Positions 40,749-49,706 of a stretch of DNA of 64,000 nt are shown here, one piece after another. Source of the stretch: Candidatus Krumholzibacteriia bacterium (GTDB taxonomy: Bacteria; Krumholzibacteriota; Krumholzibacteriia; JAJRXK01); the NCBI GenBank assembly GCA_041484665.1, contig JBGPIA010000001.1, positions 960,001 to 1,024,000 on the forward strand, written 5' to 3'. The notes beneath the pieces were generated by a model. That model saw nothing but the letters and a program-made list of their open reading frames with translations, was not told the origin of the DNA and did not search any database. How positions within the stretch are numbered: the stretch's first letter is position 1; each line of letters opens with the position of its first letter. The position numbers and the translations under genes were made by a program.

Positions 40749-43658
40749 ATGAATGAAGATGCCCAGCGCGGGAGCCTGCTTAGCGCGACCCCGGTGGGCT
40801 CGCGGAACTACCGGCTGTTCGCGCTCGGGCTGCTCGTTCTCGCGCTGGGATACGTGGCACTCGCGCACGGCCCCTACGACAGCCGGCTCTCGCTGGACGT
40901 CGCGCCGCTGTTGCTGGCCCTGGGCTACTGCGTCCTGATCCCGGCAGCGATCATGGCGCGGCGCGGGCGTCGCGCCCCGGGCGGCGGCGGTGGCAGTGTC
41001 CGCGGCGACGCCCGGGCTGGCGGAGGTGGAGGCGATGGCGCCGGCGCAGGCGCACCGGTCGACCGCGGCGGGCTGCGCGATCCCACCAGCCTGCTGGCAG
41101 CGCTCGTCGGGTTGGTTGCGTTCCTCGTCTACCGGCGCACGCTCGCGCCCAGCGTCACGCTCTGGGACTCGGGTGAGCTGGTCACCGCGGCGTACGTGCT
41201 GGGGATCACCCATCCGCCGGGAGCGCCGCTCTACGTCTTGCTCGGCCGGCTCGCGTCCATGATCCCGTGGACTGCCGACGTCGCCGCGCGCGTCAATCTG
41301 ATGTCCGCGCTGTTCGCGGCGGCGACCTCGGCGGTCGTGTTCCTCCTGATCGTGCGCCTCGCGCGCTACTGGCGCGCCGGCAGCGACGAGACCGTCGGGC
41401 GGCGGGTGGCGTGGGCAGGCGGGCTGGTCGGCGCTCTCGCCTTCACGTTTTCCGACGCGCAGTGGTCCAATGCGCTGGAGGCGGAGCTCTACGCGCCGTA
41501 CCTCTGTCTCACGGCGCTCGTCCTGTGGCTCGCGCTGCGCTGGGCGCAGGAGAGGGGCGACGCCAGGTTGGACCGGCTGCTGCTTCTGGCGTTCTACCTC
41601 TCGGGGCTCGCGCTGGGTGTCCACGTGCTCCACGCGCTGGCACTGCCAGCGGCCTTCCTGCTCGTGATCTTCCGCCGCCGCGGGCTGTCCGCGGGCCGCG
41701 TGGCCCTGCTGTTCGCGGCCGCCGCGCTGGGCACCGGACTGATTTACCCGGGCATCGAGCGATGGGTCCCTCTGCTGCTGAGCAGGCTGGGCCCGGCGGG
41801 GCTCGCGCTGCTGCTGATCGTTCCGCCGCTGCTGGTCTGGGGAGCGCTGCGCTCGCGCGATCGGGCGCGGGTGATTCTGGCCCTGGGGCTCGCGCTCGTG
41901 CTGCTGGGCTTCTCCACCTACGCGATCTGCTACGTGCGATCGACGCTGGACCCGCCCGTCGACCAGAACGATCCGCAGACCGCGGTACAGCTCGAGCGCT
42001 ACCTGGGCCGCGAGCAGTACGGCCACTGGACGATCCTGCCCCGTCGCGCGCCGCTGTGGGACTACCAGATCGAGAAGATGTACGTGCGCTACTTCGGCTG
42101 GCAGTTCGTGGGCAAGGACAATGCCCGCGGGCGCGACGGACGGCTCTCCACGACGCTGTCGCTGCAAGGCCTGTGGGGCTTGCCGTTCTTGCTGGGCGTG
42201 CTTGGGCTCGCGGTCCACTTCCGGCGGGACTGGCGCCGGGCAAGCACGGTGCTGCTCTTGCTGCTCATGCTCAGCCTGGCCGTGATCGTCTACATCAACC
42301 AGGAGGACCCGCAACTGCGCGAGCGGGATTACTCCTATACCGGCTCCTTCCTGGCGTTCGCCCTCTGGATCGGCTTGGGGGCCGCCTGGTTGCTCGAGCG
42401 CGCAGCGTACCTCACGCGGCAGAGTCCGCGGGCGTTGCGCCTGGCCGCGGTCGGCGGCGCGTTCCTGGGGCTACTGCTGGTTCCCGCGCGCATGCTGGCG
42501 GTGAATCTCCCGGCGCACGACCGCAGCAAGGACGTCTTCGCGTACGACTTCGCCTACGACCTGCTCCACACCTGCGCCAAAGACGCCATCCTGCTCAGCC
42601 GGGGCGACAACGACACCTATCCCCTCTGGTGCCTGCAGGAGGTCTACGGGGTTCGCCCGGACGTACAGGTCGTCAATCTCCAGCTGCTCAACGCTCCCTG
42701 GTACGTCAAGCAGCTCAAGCACGGACAGCCCGGATGCCCCGTGCGCTGGAGCGATGCGCAGATCGACGCATTGCAGCCGCTGGACTGGCCGCAAGCGCGG
42801 TCGGTCTCCGTGCCGGTAACGCCCCAGGCGCGGTCCGCGTGGACGGCCGGCCTGGCGCTGCCCGATTCCCTGGCCGCGCTCGCCGCGGCGCCGGCGGCCT
42901 CGTTCTCGATCGGACCCTCGTTGAGCAACGATCGGCTGCTCGTCCGAGACGAGGCCCTGCTTCACATCCTGATCGAGAACGCCTTCCTTCGTCCCGTCTA
43001 CCTGGCGCCGGCAACCGCGCAGGAGCTGCGCAACATGCGCCTCGACGGCTACCTGCGCGTCGAGGGCTACGCATCGCGCCTGCTCCCGGTGCGCGGGGGA
43101 TGGCGGCTGCTCGATCGCAGCGTGTTGCGTGAGAACCTCCTGCACCGGTACCGGTACACCGGGCTGACCGATCCCAGCATCCCGTTCGATCACGAGACCG
43201 CCGGCCTGGTGGAGGACCTGCGGGCGGCGTTCCTGACGCTGGCGGAGTGTGACCTCCTGGCCGGGGCCAAGGCCGACGCTGTCGCGACACTTGAGCACAT
43301 GGGCCGTTGCGTCTCCGAGTCGGTCTTCCCGTTCCGCTTCGCCGCCGACGAGCTGCGCGTCGGGCGCATCGGGCACCTGGCAGGCGACGACACCGTCCTG
43401 CAGGGCCGCGTCCGCGGCGTGCTGCTGCGCTACGCGCTCTCGCCCCAGGAGAAGATGACGTTGGCCGCCATGCTGCTGCACCCGCTTGGCCAGCGGGCCG
43501 TGGCCGATTCGCTCGTGGCGTCGGTACTCGGCGGGCGGCTCGACGCGCCGCTCGACGGCGCGGCCTTGCTGGCCAACTACCAACGGCTGCTCGGCGACGC
43601 GGCGGGCGTCGACACGGTCTCGGCGTGGCTGCGGGACTGGGCGAAGGGCAGCCGGTGA
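40749..43658 (+). CDS. DUF2723 (TMEM260-like GT-C) protein with an N-terminal DUF3098-like module
   Basis: TLAPSVTLWDSGE, HPPGAP, EAELYA, REQYG, RERDY, GDNDTYPLW; N-terminal NY...G...LGY...AP.LL.LGY hairpin. Confidence 0.87.
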   Translation: MNEDAQRGSLLSATPVGSRNYRLFALGLLVLALGYVALAHGPYDSRLSLDVAPLLLALGYCVLIPAAIMARRGRRAPGGGGGSVRGDARAGGGGGDGAGAGAPVDRGGLRDPTSLLAALVGLVAFLVYRRTLAPSVTLWDSGELVTAAYVLGITHPPGAPLYVLLGRLASMIPWTADVAARVNLMSALFAAATSAVVFLLIVRLARYWRAGSDETVGRRVAWAGGLVGALAFTFSDAQWSNALEAELYAPYLCLTALVLWLALRWAQERGDARLDRLLLLAFYLSGLALGVHVLHALALPAAFLLVIFRRRGLSAGRVALLFAAAALGTGLIYPGIERWVPLLLSRLGPAGLALLLIVPPLLVWGALRSRDRARVILALGLALVLLGFSTYAICYVRSTLDPPVDQNDPQTAVQLERYLGREQYGHWTILPRRAPLWDYQIEKMYVRYFGWQFVGKDNARGRDGRLSTTLSLQGLWGLPFLLGVLGLAVHFRRDWRRASTVLLLLLMLSLAVIVYINQEDPQLRERDYSYTGSFLAFALWIGLGAAWLLERAAYLTRQSPRALRLAAVGGAFLGLLLVPARMLAVNLPAHDRSKDVFAYDFAYDLLHTCAKDAILLSRGDNDTYPLWCLQEVYGVRPDVQVVNLQLLNAPWYVKQLKHGQPGCPVRWSDAQIDALQPLDWPQARSVSVPVTPQARSAWTAGLALPDSLAALAAAPAASFSIGPSLSNDRLLVRDEALLHILIENAFLRPVYLAPATAQELRNMRLDGYLRVEGYASRLLPVRGGWRLLDRSVLRENLLHRYRYTGLTDPSIPFDHETAGLVEDLRAAFLTLAECDLLAGAKADAVATLEHMGRCVSESVFPFRFAADELRVGRIGHLAGDDTVLQGRVRGVLLRYALSPQEKMTLAAMLLHPLGQRAVADSLVASVLGGRLDAPLDGAALLANYQRLLGDAAGVDTVSAWLRDWAKGSR

Positions 43659-44755
43659 CCGCAAAAGCCGAGGTGGCGCAAGCTCCCGTCCCGGCGGGCG
43701 GAGCTCGTCCGCCGGCCGGCGCTGCCCCACTGGTGAGCATCGTCATCCCCCATTACAACGGACGGGAGATCCTGCTGCGCTGCCTCGCCGCGCTGGCGCA
43801 GGATGGTTATCGTCCCGTCGAGATTATCGTCGTCGACAACGCGTCCATGGACGGCAGCGGCGACGAGGCCGCGCAGATCCACCCCGCGGTGCAGCTGATC
43901 AAGTCGCCGCGCAACCTCGGATTCGCCGGCGGCTGCAACCTGGGCATGCGCACGGCGCGTGGCAAGTATTTCGTCCTGCTCAACAACGACGCGGTGGTCA
44001 CGCCCGGCTGGCTGGGCCGGCTGGTGGAGCTGGCCGAGCAGGACGAGCGGATCGCGGCGCTGCAGCCCAAGGTCCTCTCGCTGGACCGCCCCTCCCATTT
44101 CGACTATGCGGCGGCGGCGGGCGGGCTCATGGACCTGCTGGGATTCCCCTTCGCCCGCGGCCGCATCTTCTATACCTGCGAGGAGGACTTGGGCCAGTAC
44201 GACGAGGTGTGCGAGATCTTCTGGGCCAGCGGCACCTGCGCGCTGTTGCGACGTTCCGCCCTCGAGCGCGTGGGCGACCTGGACGAGTCGTTCTTCGCGC
44301 ACATGGAGGAGATCGACCTGGACTGGCGCCTGCACCTGGCGGGGTTCCGGGTGGTGTACTGCCCAGAGGCGACCGTGTACCACAACGCCGGGACCACGCT
44401 CCCGCCGGAGCATCCACACAAGATCTTCCTCAACCACCGCAACGGTCTCGTGATGGTCCTCAAGAACTACTCGGCTTCCACCCTGCTGTGGGTTCTGCCA
44501 GCGCGCCTGATGCTGGAGCTCGTGGCGGCGGGGTACTTCCTGCTGCGGGGCGACCTGCACCAGACGCGCGGGATCCTCCTGGCGCTGTGGGCGACAGGAG
44601 CCCGGCAGCCGCGGGCGATCATCGCCGGCCGGCGACGGGCGCAGGCGGTTCGTACGAGGACGGACCGCGCGGTGATGCGGCGTATGTACCGTGGCAGCGT
44701 CGTCTGGGAGTACTTCGTGCGCCGCCGCCGGACCTGCGGTGAGCTGCTGCGCTAG
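43655..44755 (+). CDS. Glycosyltransferase family 2
   Basis: IVIPHYN, VDNASMD, NLGFAGGCN, LLNND, FWASG, FFAHMEEID; GTGA coupling. Confidence 0.93.
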   Translation: MTAKAEVAQAPVPAGGARPPAGAAPLVSIVIPHYNGREILLRCLAALAQDGYRPVEIIVVDNASMDGSGDEAAQIHPAVQLIKSPRNLGFAGGCNLGMRTARGKYFVLLNNDAVVTPGWLGRLVELAEQDERIAALQPKVLSLDRPSHFDYAAAAGGLMDLLGFPFARGRIFYTCEEDLGQYDEVCEIFWASGTCALLRRSALERVGDLDESFFAHMEEIDLDWRLHLAGFRVVYCPEATVYHNAGTTLPPEHPHKIFLNHRNGLVMVLKNYSASTLLWVLPARLMLELVAAGYFLLRGDLHQTRGILLALWATGARQPRAIIAGRRRAQAVRTRTDRAVMRRMYRGSVVWEYFVRRRRTCGELLR

Positions 44756-44762
44756 CGCGGCC

Positions 44763-45758
44763 ATGGTCGAGACCCCCTGCCCGCTTTGCGCCGCGCGCGA
44801 CCCGCAGCCTTACCTGCGTGTCCCGGACAGGCTGCAGCCGGCCCGCGGCCGCATCCATGCGCTGCAACGCTGCCTGCGCTGCGGTCTCGTCTACTTGAGC
44901 CCGCGCCCTACGGAGGAGGAGAGCACGCGCCACTACGCCGCCACCGATTACCAGCCCTTCGTCTCGGCGCGCGGGCTGGCGGGGGACCGGCTTTCGTTTT
45001 ACGACCGTCTCTACGTGGCCGTGCGCCGCGTGAACGTTCGCTGGAAGCGGCGGCTGATCGAGCGCTGGCGGCGCCCTGCGGGCAGGTTGCTGGAGATCGG
45101 CTGCGGCACCGGCGAGCTGCTGGCCGAGCTGCGGCGGGTGGGCTGGCAGGTCCGCGGCGTCGAGCGCGATACGGCCGCCGCCGCGCACGCGCAGCAGGCG
45201 CTGCAGCTAGCGGTGTGGGCGGGCGGGCTCGATGCCCTGCCCGGCAGGGAGGCCGGGTTCGACGTGGCCTGCCTGTGGCACGTGCTCGAACACCTTCACG
45301 ATCCCCACGGCGTCCTCGAGCAAGTCCGGACGCGCCTGGCGCACGATGCGCTGCTCGTGCTCGCCGTCCCCAACGCCCAAGGCCTCGATGCGCGCGTGTA
45401 CGGCGCAAGCTGGGTCGCCTACGATGCGCCCCGCCATCTGCACCACTGGAGCCTGGACACGCTCGAGCAGCTTTGCGGCGGGCACGGCTTCCGCCTGCTG
45501 TCGGCTGGACCCTTGCCCCTCGACGCCGCGTTCAACACCCTCATGAGCGAGCACCTGCGCGGGCAGAGGGCGGATGCAAGCGCCGCGTGGCCGCTCACGG
45601 GCGCGGCGCGCTGGCGTGGGGGCGCCCTGCGTCTGCTCGTGGGCGCCGTGCGCGTCGCCGCGGTCCTGCTCGCGAGCTTGAGCGCGGGCTGGTGGCCGGC
45701 GCGCGCTGTCCGGGCACGCTATGCCTCGACTCTCGTCACGGTCTGGAGGAGAGCTTGA
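44763..45758 (+). CDS. Class I SAM-dependent methyltransferase with N-terminal Cys pairs
   Basis: CPLC...CLRC, LLEIGCGTG, WHVLEH, VPN, PRHL. Confidence 0.9.
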   Translation: MVETPCPLCAARDPQPYLRVPDRLQPARGRIHALQRCLRCGLVYLSPRPTEEESTRHYAATDYQPFVSARGLAGDRLSFYDRLYVAVRRVNVRWKRRLIERWRRPAGRLLEIGCGTGELLAELRRVGWQVRGVERDTAAAAHAQQALQLAVWAGGLDALPGREAGFDVACLWHVLEHLHDPHGVLEQVRTRLAHDALLVLAVPNAQGLDARVYGASWVAYDAPRHLHHWSLDTLEQLCGGHGFRLLSAGPLPLDAAFNTLMSEHLRGQRADASAAWPLTGAARWRGGALRLLVGAVRVAAVLLASLSAGWWPARAVRARYASTLVTVWRRA

Positions 45759-46732
45759 TCGACACGCCTGCGGTCCAAGCGCCCGTGCCGGGAGCCCGCC
45801 TGCGTCGGCGCCACATCGTGTCGGGCGTGGCGAGCAGCGCCCTCTCCTTGGTGTTGCTGTTTCTGCTGCTACGGCACACGGACTGGCGCGAGGTCGGAGC
45901 GCTCCTGCGCCAGGCGCGTCCGGGCTGGCTGCTGCTCGGGATGGGCGGGGTCGTGCTGACGGTCGTGGGCAGGGCCCTCGTGTGGAGGGTGCTGCTGTGG
46001 CCCTCGGGCCCGTTGTCCGTCTGGACCGTCACGCGGGCGCTGGTGCTGGGCCTGACCATCAACAACCTGTTGCCGGCGCGCATGGGGGAACCGTTCCGCG
46101 CCGGCGTGATCGCGCGGGAACAGAAGCGCAGCCTCGTGACCGTGCTCGCGGCCGTGCTGGCCGAGACGCTCGCGACCGGAGTGCTGCTGGTCACGATGGG
46201 CACGATCGCGCTCGCTCGCTCTGGATCGCTGCCCTGGTTCGACCGAGCGGCCAAACCACTGCTGGCGGCGTGTCTGCTCGTGCTGGTGGCCCTCTCCATC
46301 CTGGCCCGCCGCCCGCAGCCCGCTGTCAGCGGCCGCCTGGGAGCGCTGCTGGGCCGCATGCGCGAGGGAAGCCTCGCGCTGGCGCGCCCACTCGCGGTGG
46401 TGCGCATGCTGGTGTGGGCCACGCTCTCCTTCACGGGGCAGTTGATCCTGCTGACCGCGGTGCAGCGGTCGTTGGGGCTGGCGCAACCGCTGCACGCGAT
46501 CGTGGTCACCGTGGTGGCGATGAATCTCGCCGGCGCTCTGCCCTCCGCGCCGGCGGCGCTGGGCACGCTCGAACTGGGCGCCCTGGGAGCGCTCGCTCTC
46601 TACCAGGTGCCGCGCAGACTGGCCGTGTCCACTACACTGTTGTTCCACACGCTCGTGACCGTCCCCACCACCGCGGTGGGCGTCGTGCTCCTGACACGCA
46701 TGGGGATCCGGTGGCGACCGCGCCCAGGTTGA
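45755..46732 (+). CDS. Lysylphosphatidylglycerol-synthase TM-region (flippase-like) protein
   Basis: NNLLPARMGE, PSAPAALGTLE; TTGA coupling and GGAG SD. Confidence 0.85.
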   Translation: MIDTPAVQAPVPGARLRRRHIVSGVASSALSLVLLFLLLRHTDWREVGALLRQARPGWLLLGMGGVVLTVVGRALVWRVLLWPSGPLSVWTVTRALVLGLTINNLLPARMGEPFRAGVIAREQKRSLVTVLAAVLAETLATGVLLVTMGTIALARSGSLPWFDRAAKPLLAACLLVLVALSILARRPQPAVSGRLGALLGRMREGSLALARPLAVVRMLVWATLSFTGQLILLTAVQRSLGLAQPLHAIVVTVVAMNLAGALPSAPAALGTLELGALGALALYQVPRRLAVSTTLLFHTLVTVPTTAVGVVLLTRMGIRWRPRPG

Positions 46733-46760
46733 GGCGTATACTGGGATCCTCCTGGGTCCT

Positions 46761-46809
46761 CCATCGGAAGCAGCGCCATCGGAAGCAGCCCCATCGGAAG
46801 CAGCGCCAT
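46761..46809. repeat. Three near-identical 15-bp tandem units (CCATCGGAAGCAGCS)
   Basis: Read directly in the intergenic gap upstream of the MBL-rhodanese gene. Confidence 0.9.
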
Positions 46810-46854
46810 TGCGTGCCACGAACGGGCCGACTCGATCCCCGCGCTGTGCCATCC

Positions 46855-48294
46855 ATGATCCTCAAGCAATACTACCTGGGCTGCCTGGCGCAGGCGTCGT
46901 ACCTCATCGGGGACTTGAAAAGCAAGCGCGCCGCCATCGTCGATCCGCGCCGGGACACCCAGGAGTATCTGGACGACGCGCGGGCGCTGGGCCTCTCCAT
47001 CGGGCACGTGCTCCTCTCTCACTTCCACGCTGACTTCGTGTCGGGTCATCTGGAGCTGCAGGAGCTGACCGGCGCCACGATCCATCTGGGGGCGCGCGCC
47101 ACGGCCGAGTTCGCCTTCGTGCCCATGGCCGACGGATCGGCGCTGGAGCTGGGGTCGGTGCGCCTCGAGGTGCTCGAGACCCCCGGCCATACGCCCGAAT
47201 CGATCTGCATCGTGGTCTACGATGGGAGCGACGATCGCCGCCGGCCGCGCGCGGTGCTCACGGGCGACACGCTCTTCATCGGCGACGTCGGGCGACCCGA
47301 CCTGATGGCGTCCACCGGCTTCACCGCCCACGAGCTGGCCGGCCAGCTGTACGAATCGCTGCACGGTAAGCTGCTGCGCCTGCCCGACGACACGCTGGTC
47401 TATCCGGGTCACGGCGCCGGATCCATGTGCGGGAAGAACCTCGGCTCCGAGACAGTCTCGACCCTGGGCGCGCAGCGCCGCTCCAACTACGCTCTGCAGC
47501 CGATGCCCAAAGACGAGTTCATCCGACTGGTGACGGCCGACCAGCTCGAGGCTCCCGCCTATTTCGCCTTCGACGCGCAGCTCAACCGCAGCCGGAGGGC
47601 AATATTGCCGGAATCGATGCAGCGCGGCCTGCGCCCGTTGTCCTTGCCAGCCTTGCTCGCGCTGCGCGCGCACGGCGCGCAACTGCTCGACGCGCGCGAG
47701 GCGGCCGACTTCGCCCGCGCGCACCTGGCGGGGAGCGTCAACATCGGACTGGGTGGCAGCTATGCGACCTGGGCGGGCACGCTCCTGGACCGCGATCGTC
47801 CCATCGTGATCGTGTGCGAGCCGGGTCGTGAGTACGAGGCGACCATGCGCCTGGGCCGCATCGGCCTGGACCACGTGGCCGGTTTCCTGCAGGGGGGCAT
47901 CGACGCTGCCGCGCCTGAACCACAGGCGCTTCACCCTGCGGCGCCTGCGGCTGAGTCACTCTGGTCGTTGGACCGTATCACCCCGCTGGAGCTGGCCGTG
48001 CAGCTGCGTGCCGCCGCGCCGCCGGTCGTGCTGGACGTGCGGACGACGCGGGAATGGCAGGAGAAGCGTATCGCCACCGCCATTCACGTGCCATTGACGA
48101 AGCTGCGCGAGCGCATGGGCGAGCTGCCGGCGGACCGGCCCCTGGTCGTCCACTGCGCGGGTGGGTATCGATCGTCGACGGCAGCCAGCCTCCTGCGCAA
48201 CGCGGGGCATGGCCACGTCGCCGACCTGGCCGGCGGCATCGACGCATGGGTGCAGGCCGGCCATCCGGTGGAGACCGCGCTCGCGATCCCCTAG
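46855..48294 (+). CDS. MBL-fold persulfide dioxygenase-like protein with two rhodanese domains (CstB-like)
   Basis: HFHADF, TPGHT, TGDTLFIGDVGRPD, PGHGAGSMC, HCAGGYRS. Confidence 0.9.
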   Translation: MILKQYYLGCLAQASYLIGDLKSKRAAIVDPRRDTQEYLDDARALGLSIGHVLLSHFHADFVSGHLELQELTGATIHLGARATAEFAFVPMADGSALELGSVRLEVLETPGHTPESICIVVYDGSDDRRRPRAVLTGDTLFIGDVGRPDLMASTGFTAHELAGQLYESLHGKLLRLPDDTLVYPGHGAGSMCGKNLGSETVSTLGAQRRSNYALQPMPKDEFIRLVTADQLEAPAYFAFDAQLNRSRRAILPESMQRGLRPLSLPALLALRAHGAQLLDAREAADFARAHLAGSVNIGLGGSYATWAGTLLDRDRPIVIVCEPGREYEATMRLGRIGLDHVAGFLQGGIDAAAPEPQALHPAAPAAESLWSLDRITPLELAVQLRAAAPPVVLDVRTTREWQEKRIATAIHVPLTKLRERMGELPADRPLVVHCAGGYRSSTAASLLRNAGHGHVADLAGGIDAWVQAGHPVETALAIP

Positions 48295-49137
48295 CTGGGC
48301 GGTGTCGGCCGTCGATCCTCCCAGGATCCAGAACACGGCCACGGCCAGGGCGATGCGGTAGACCCCGAATGGCACGAGACCGTGCCGCACGAGCCACGCC
48401 ACGAAGCCCTTCACCGCGAACGCAGCGCTGACCGCCGCCACCACCATTCCGATGACGAGGGCCAGCGGGCCGACGCCGGCCGCCAGTTGCGACCCATGCT
48501 TCGCCAGGTCGTAGAGGGTCGCGGCGCCCAGCGTGGGCAAAGCCAGCAGGAATGAGAACTCCGCGGCAGCCACCGGCGTGAGCCCCACCGCGAGGCCGCC
48601 CAGGATCGTCACGAGCGAGCGCGACGTCCCCGGCCACAGCGCGAGGCACTGGCAGAGCCCGATGATCAACGCACCGCGCAGGGTGAGTCCCTCGATCGCA
48701 TGCCCCTCGCGCTCGCGGCGACGGCGCAGCGTGCGGTCGAGGATGATCATGACCACCCCACCCACGGCCAGCGCGGCGGCAACCGGCAGCGGGAAGAAGA
48801 GCCGCTCCTTCAGCGGCTTCTCGAACAGGAATCCGGTTACGGCTGCCGGCACGAAGGCGACGACCAGGCTCAGGAGCAGCCTTCGCCCCTGCGCATCGCG
48901 CCCGACGAGACCGCGGGCCATCTGCGCCACGCGCGCGCGGTACAGCCCCAGCACCGCGCACACGGCGCCCAGCTGGATGACGACGTCGAAGTCCTTCACC
49001 GCGTCGCCCGTCAGGCCCAGTGCGCGCCCGGCCAGGATGAGGTGGCCCGTGGACGACACTGGTAGGTACTCGGTGAGGCCCTCCACGAGCCCAAGGATCG
49101 CCGCGTCGACGGGCGACAGTCCGACGATGGGAGTCAT
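47956..49137 (-). CDS. uppP: Undecaprenyl-diphosphatase, with abnormal C-terminal read-through
   Basis: GLVEGLTEYLPVSSTGH, IQLG, PGTSRS, AAEFSF, FGVYR; homology ends near 48325. Confidence 0.9.
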   Translation of the reverse strand: MTPIVGLSPVDAAILGLVEGLTEYLPVSSTGHLILAGRALGLTGDAVKDFDVVIQLGAVCAVLGLYRARVAQMARGLVGRDAQGRRLLLSLVVAFVPAAVTGFLFEKPLKERLFFPLPVAAALAVGGVVMIILDRTLRRRREREGHAIEGLTLRGALIIGLCQCLALWPGTSRSLVTILGGLAVGLTPVAAAEFSFLLALPTLGAATLYDLAKHGSQLAAGVGPLALVIGMVVAAVSAAFAVKGFVAWLVRHGLVPFGVYRIALAVAVFWILGGSTADTAQLGDRERGLHRMAGLHPCVDAAGQVGDVAMPRVAQEAGCRRRSIPTRAVDDQGPVRRQLAHALAQLRQWHVNGGGDTLLLPFPRRPHVQHDRRRGGTQLHGQLQRGDTVQRPE

Positions 49138-49286
49138 GTCAGCTCCTGCTGCTCGGGCAGGACCCAGATGGCGACGGAGCGGTCCAGCCGCGTATCGCGC
49201 GCCTTGTACACTTCGCCCCTGCCGCCGGCGCCGAGCGGGGCGACGATCTCGTGGGGGCCGAGTCGAGTGCCGGAGGCGAGAGCCAT
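49134..49286 (-). pseudogene. 50-codon N-terminal stub of a Hanks-type Ser/Thr kinase
   Basis: GTRLGPHEIVAPLGAGGRGEVYKARDTRLDRSVAIWVLP, subdomains I-II only; stop overlaps the uppP ATG. Confidence 0.85.
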
Positions 49287-49570
49287 TGCGCTGTCAGCCG
49301 CGCTCCCCGCGCGAGCGGCGCCATGGTACTCCGCCGGCCGGGCTCGCTCCACCCCATAAGCTCCTGACTGCGCGAGCCGGCGCGGATCTCCAGTGCGGCG
49401 ACCTTGCGGGCGGTACGCTGCGCCAGCGGGTGCGCCGGGCACCGCCGGCCCGGGATGCCGATCCGGCGAGCCGCCGGACGCCTTGGCCTCACGCGGGAGT
49501 CTCACGCGGCGGCCGCACTCGGGCGCCGGACCTGCCAGCCGGTGACGCGTGCTCCGCAGAGTTGCCGCGA

Positions 49571-49614
49571 GTTCACACGCGCTTCACAGATCCGTCACCT
49601 CTCACTCATAGCCT
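49571..49614 (+). promoter_or_regulatory. PhoB/OmpR-type tandem boxes (11-bp period) plus a -10 candidate
   Basis: GTTCACA 49571, CTTCACA 49582, CGTCACC 49593, then TAGCCT 49609-49614. Confidence 0.6.
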
Positions 49615-49706
49615 GCTCGCCGTTCGCTAACGGCAGCCCTCGCTGCCGGCCTCGGAAGTGGGTTCTGCCGGCCTGGGGGCTGGAGGGATCGGCATTGCAA
49701 GGAGGG

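Noticed and set aside
45721..46854. Apparent long N-terminal extension of the MBL-rhodanese ORF
   Set aside because: Out-of-frame overlap with the flippase-like gene; the family start MILKQYYLGCL is at 46855
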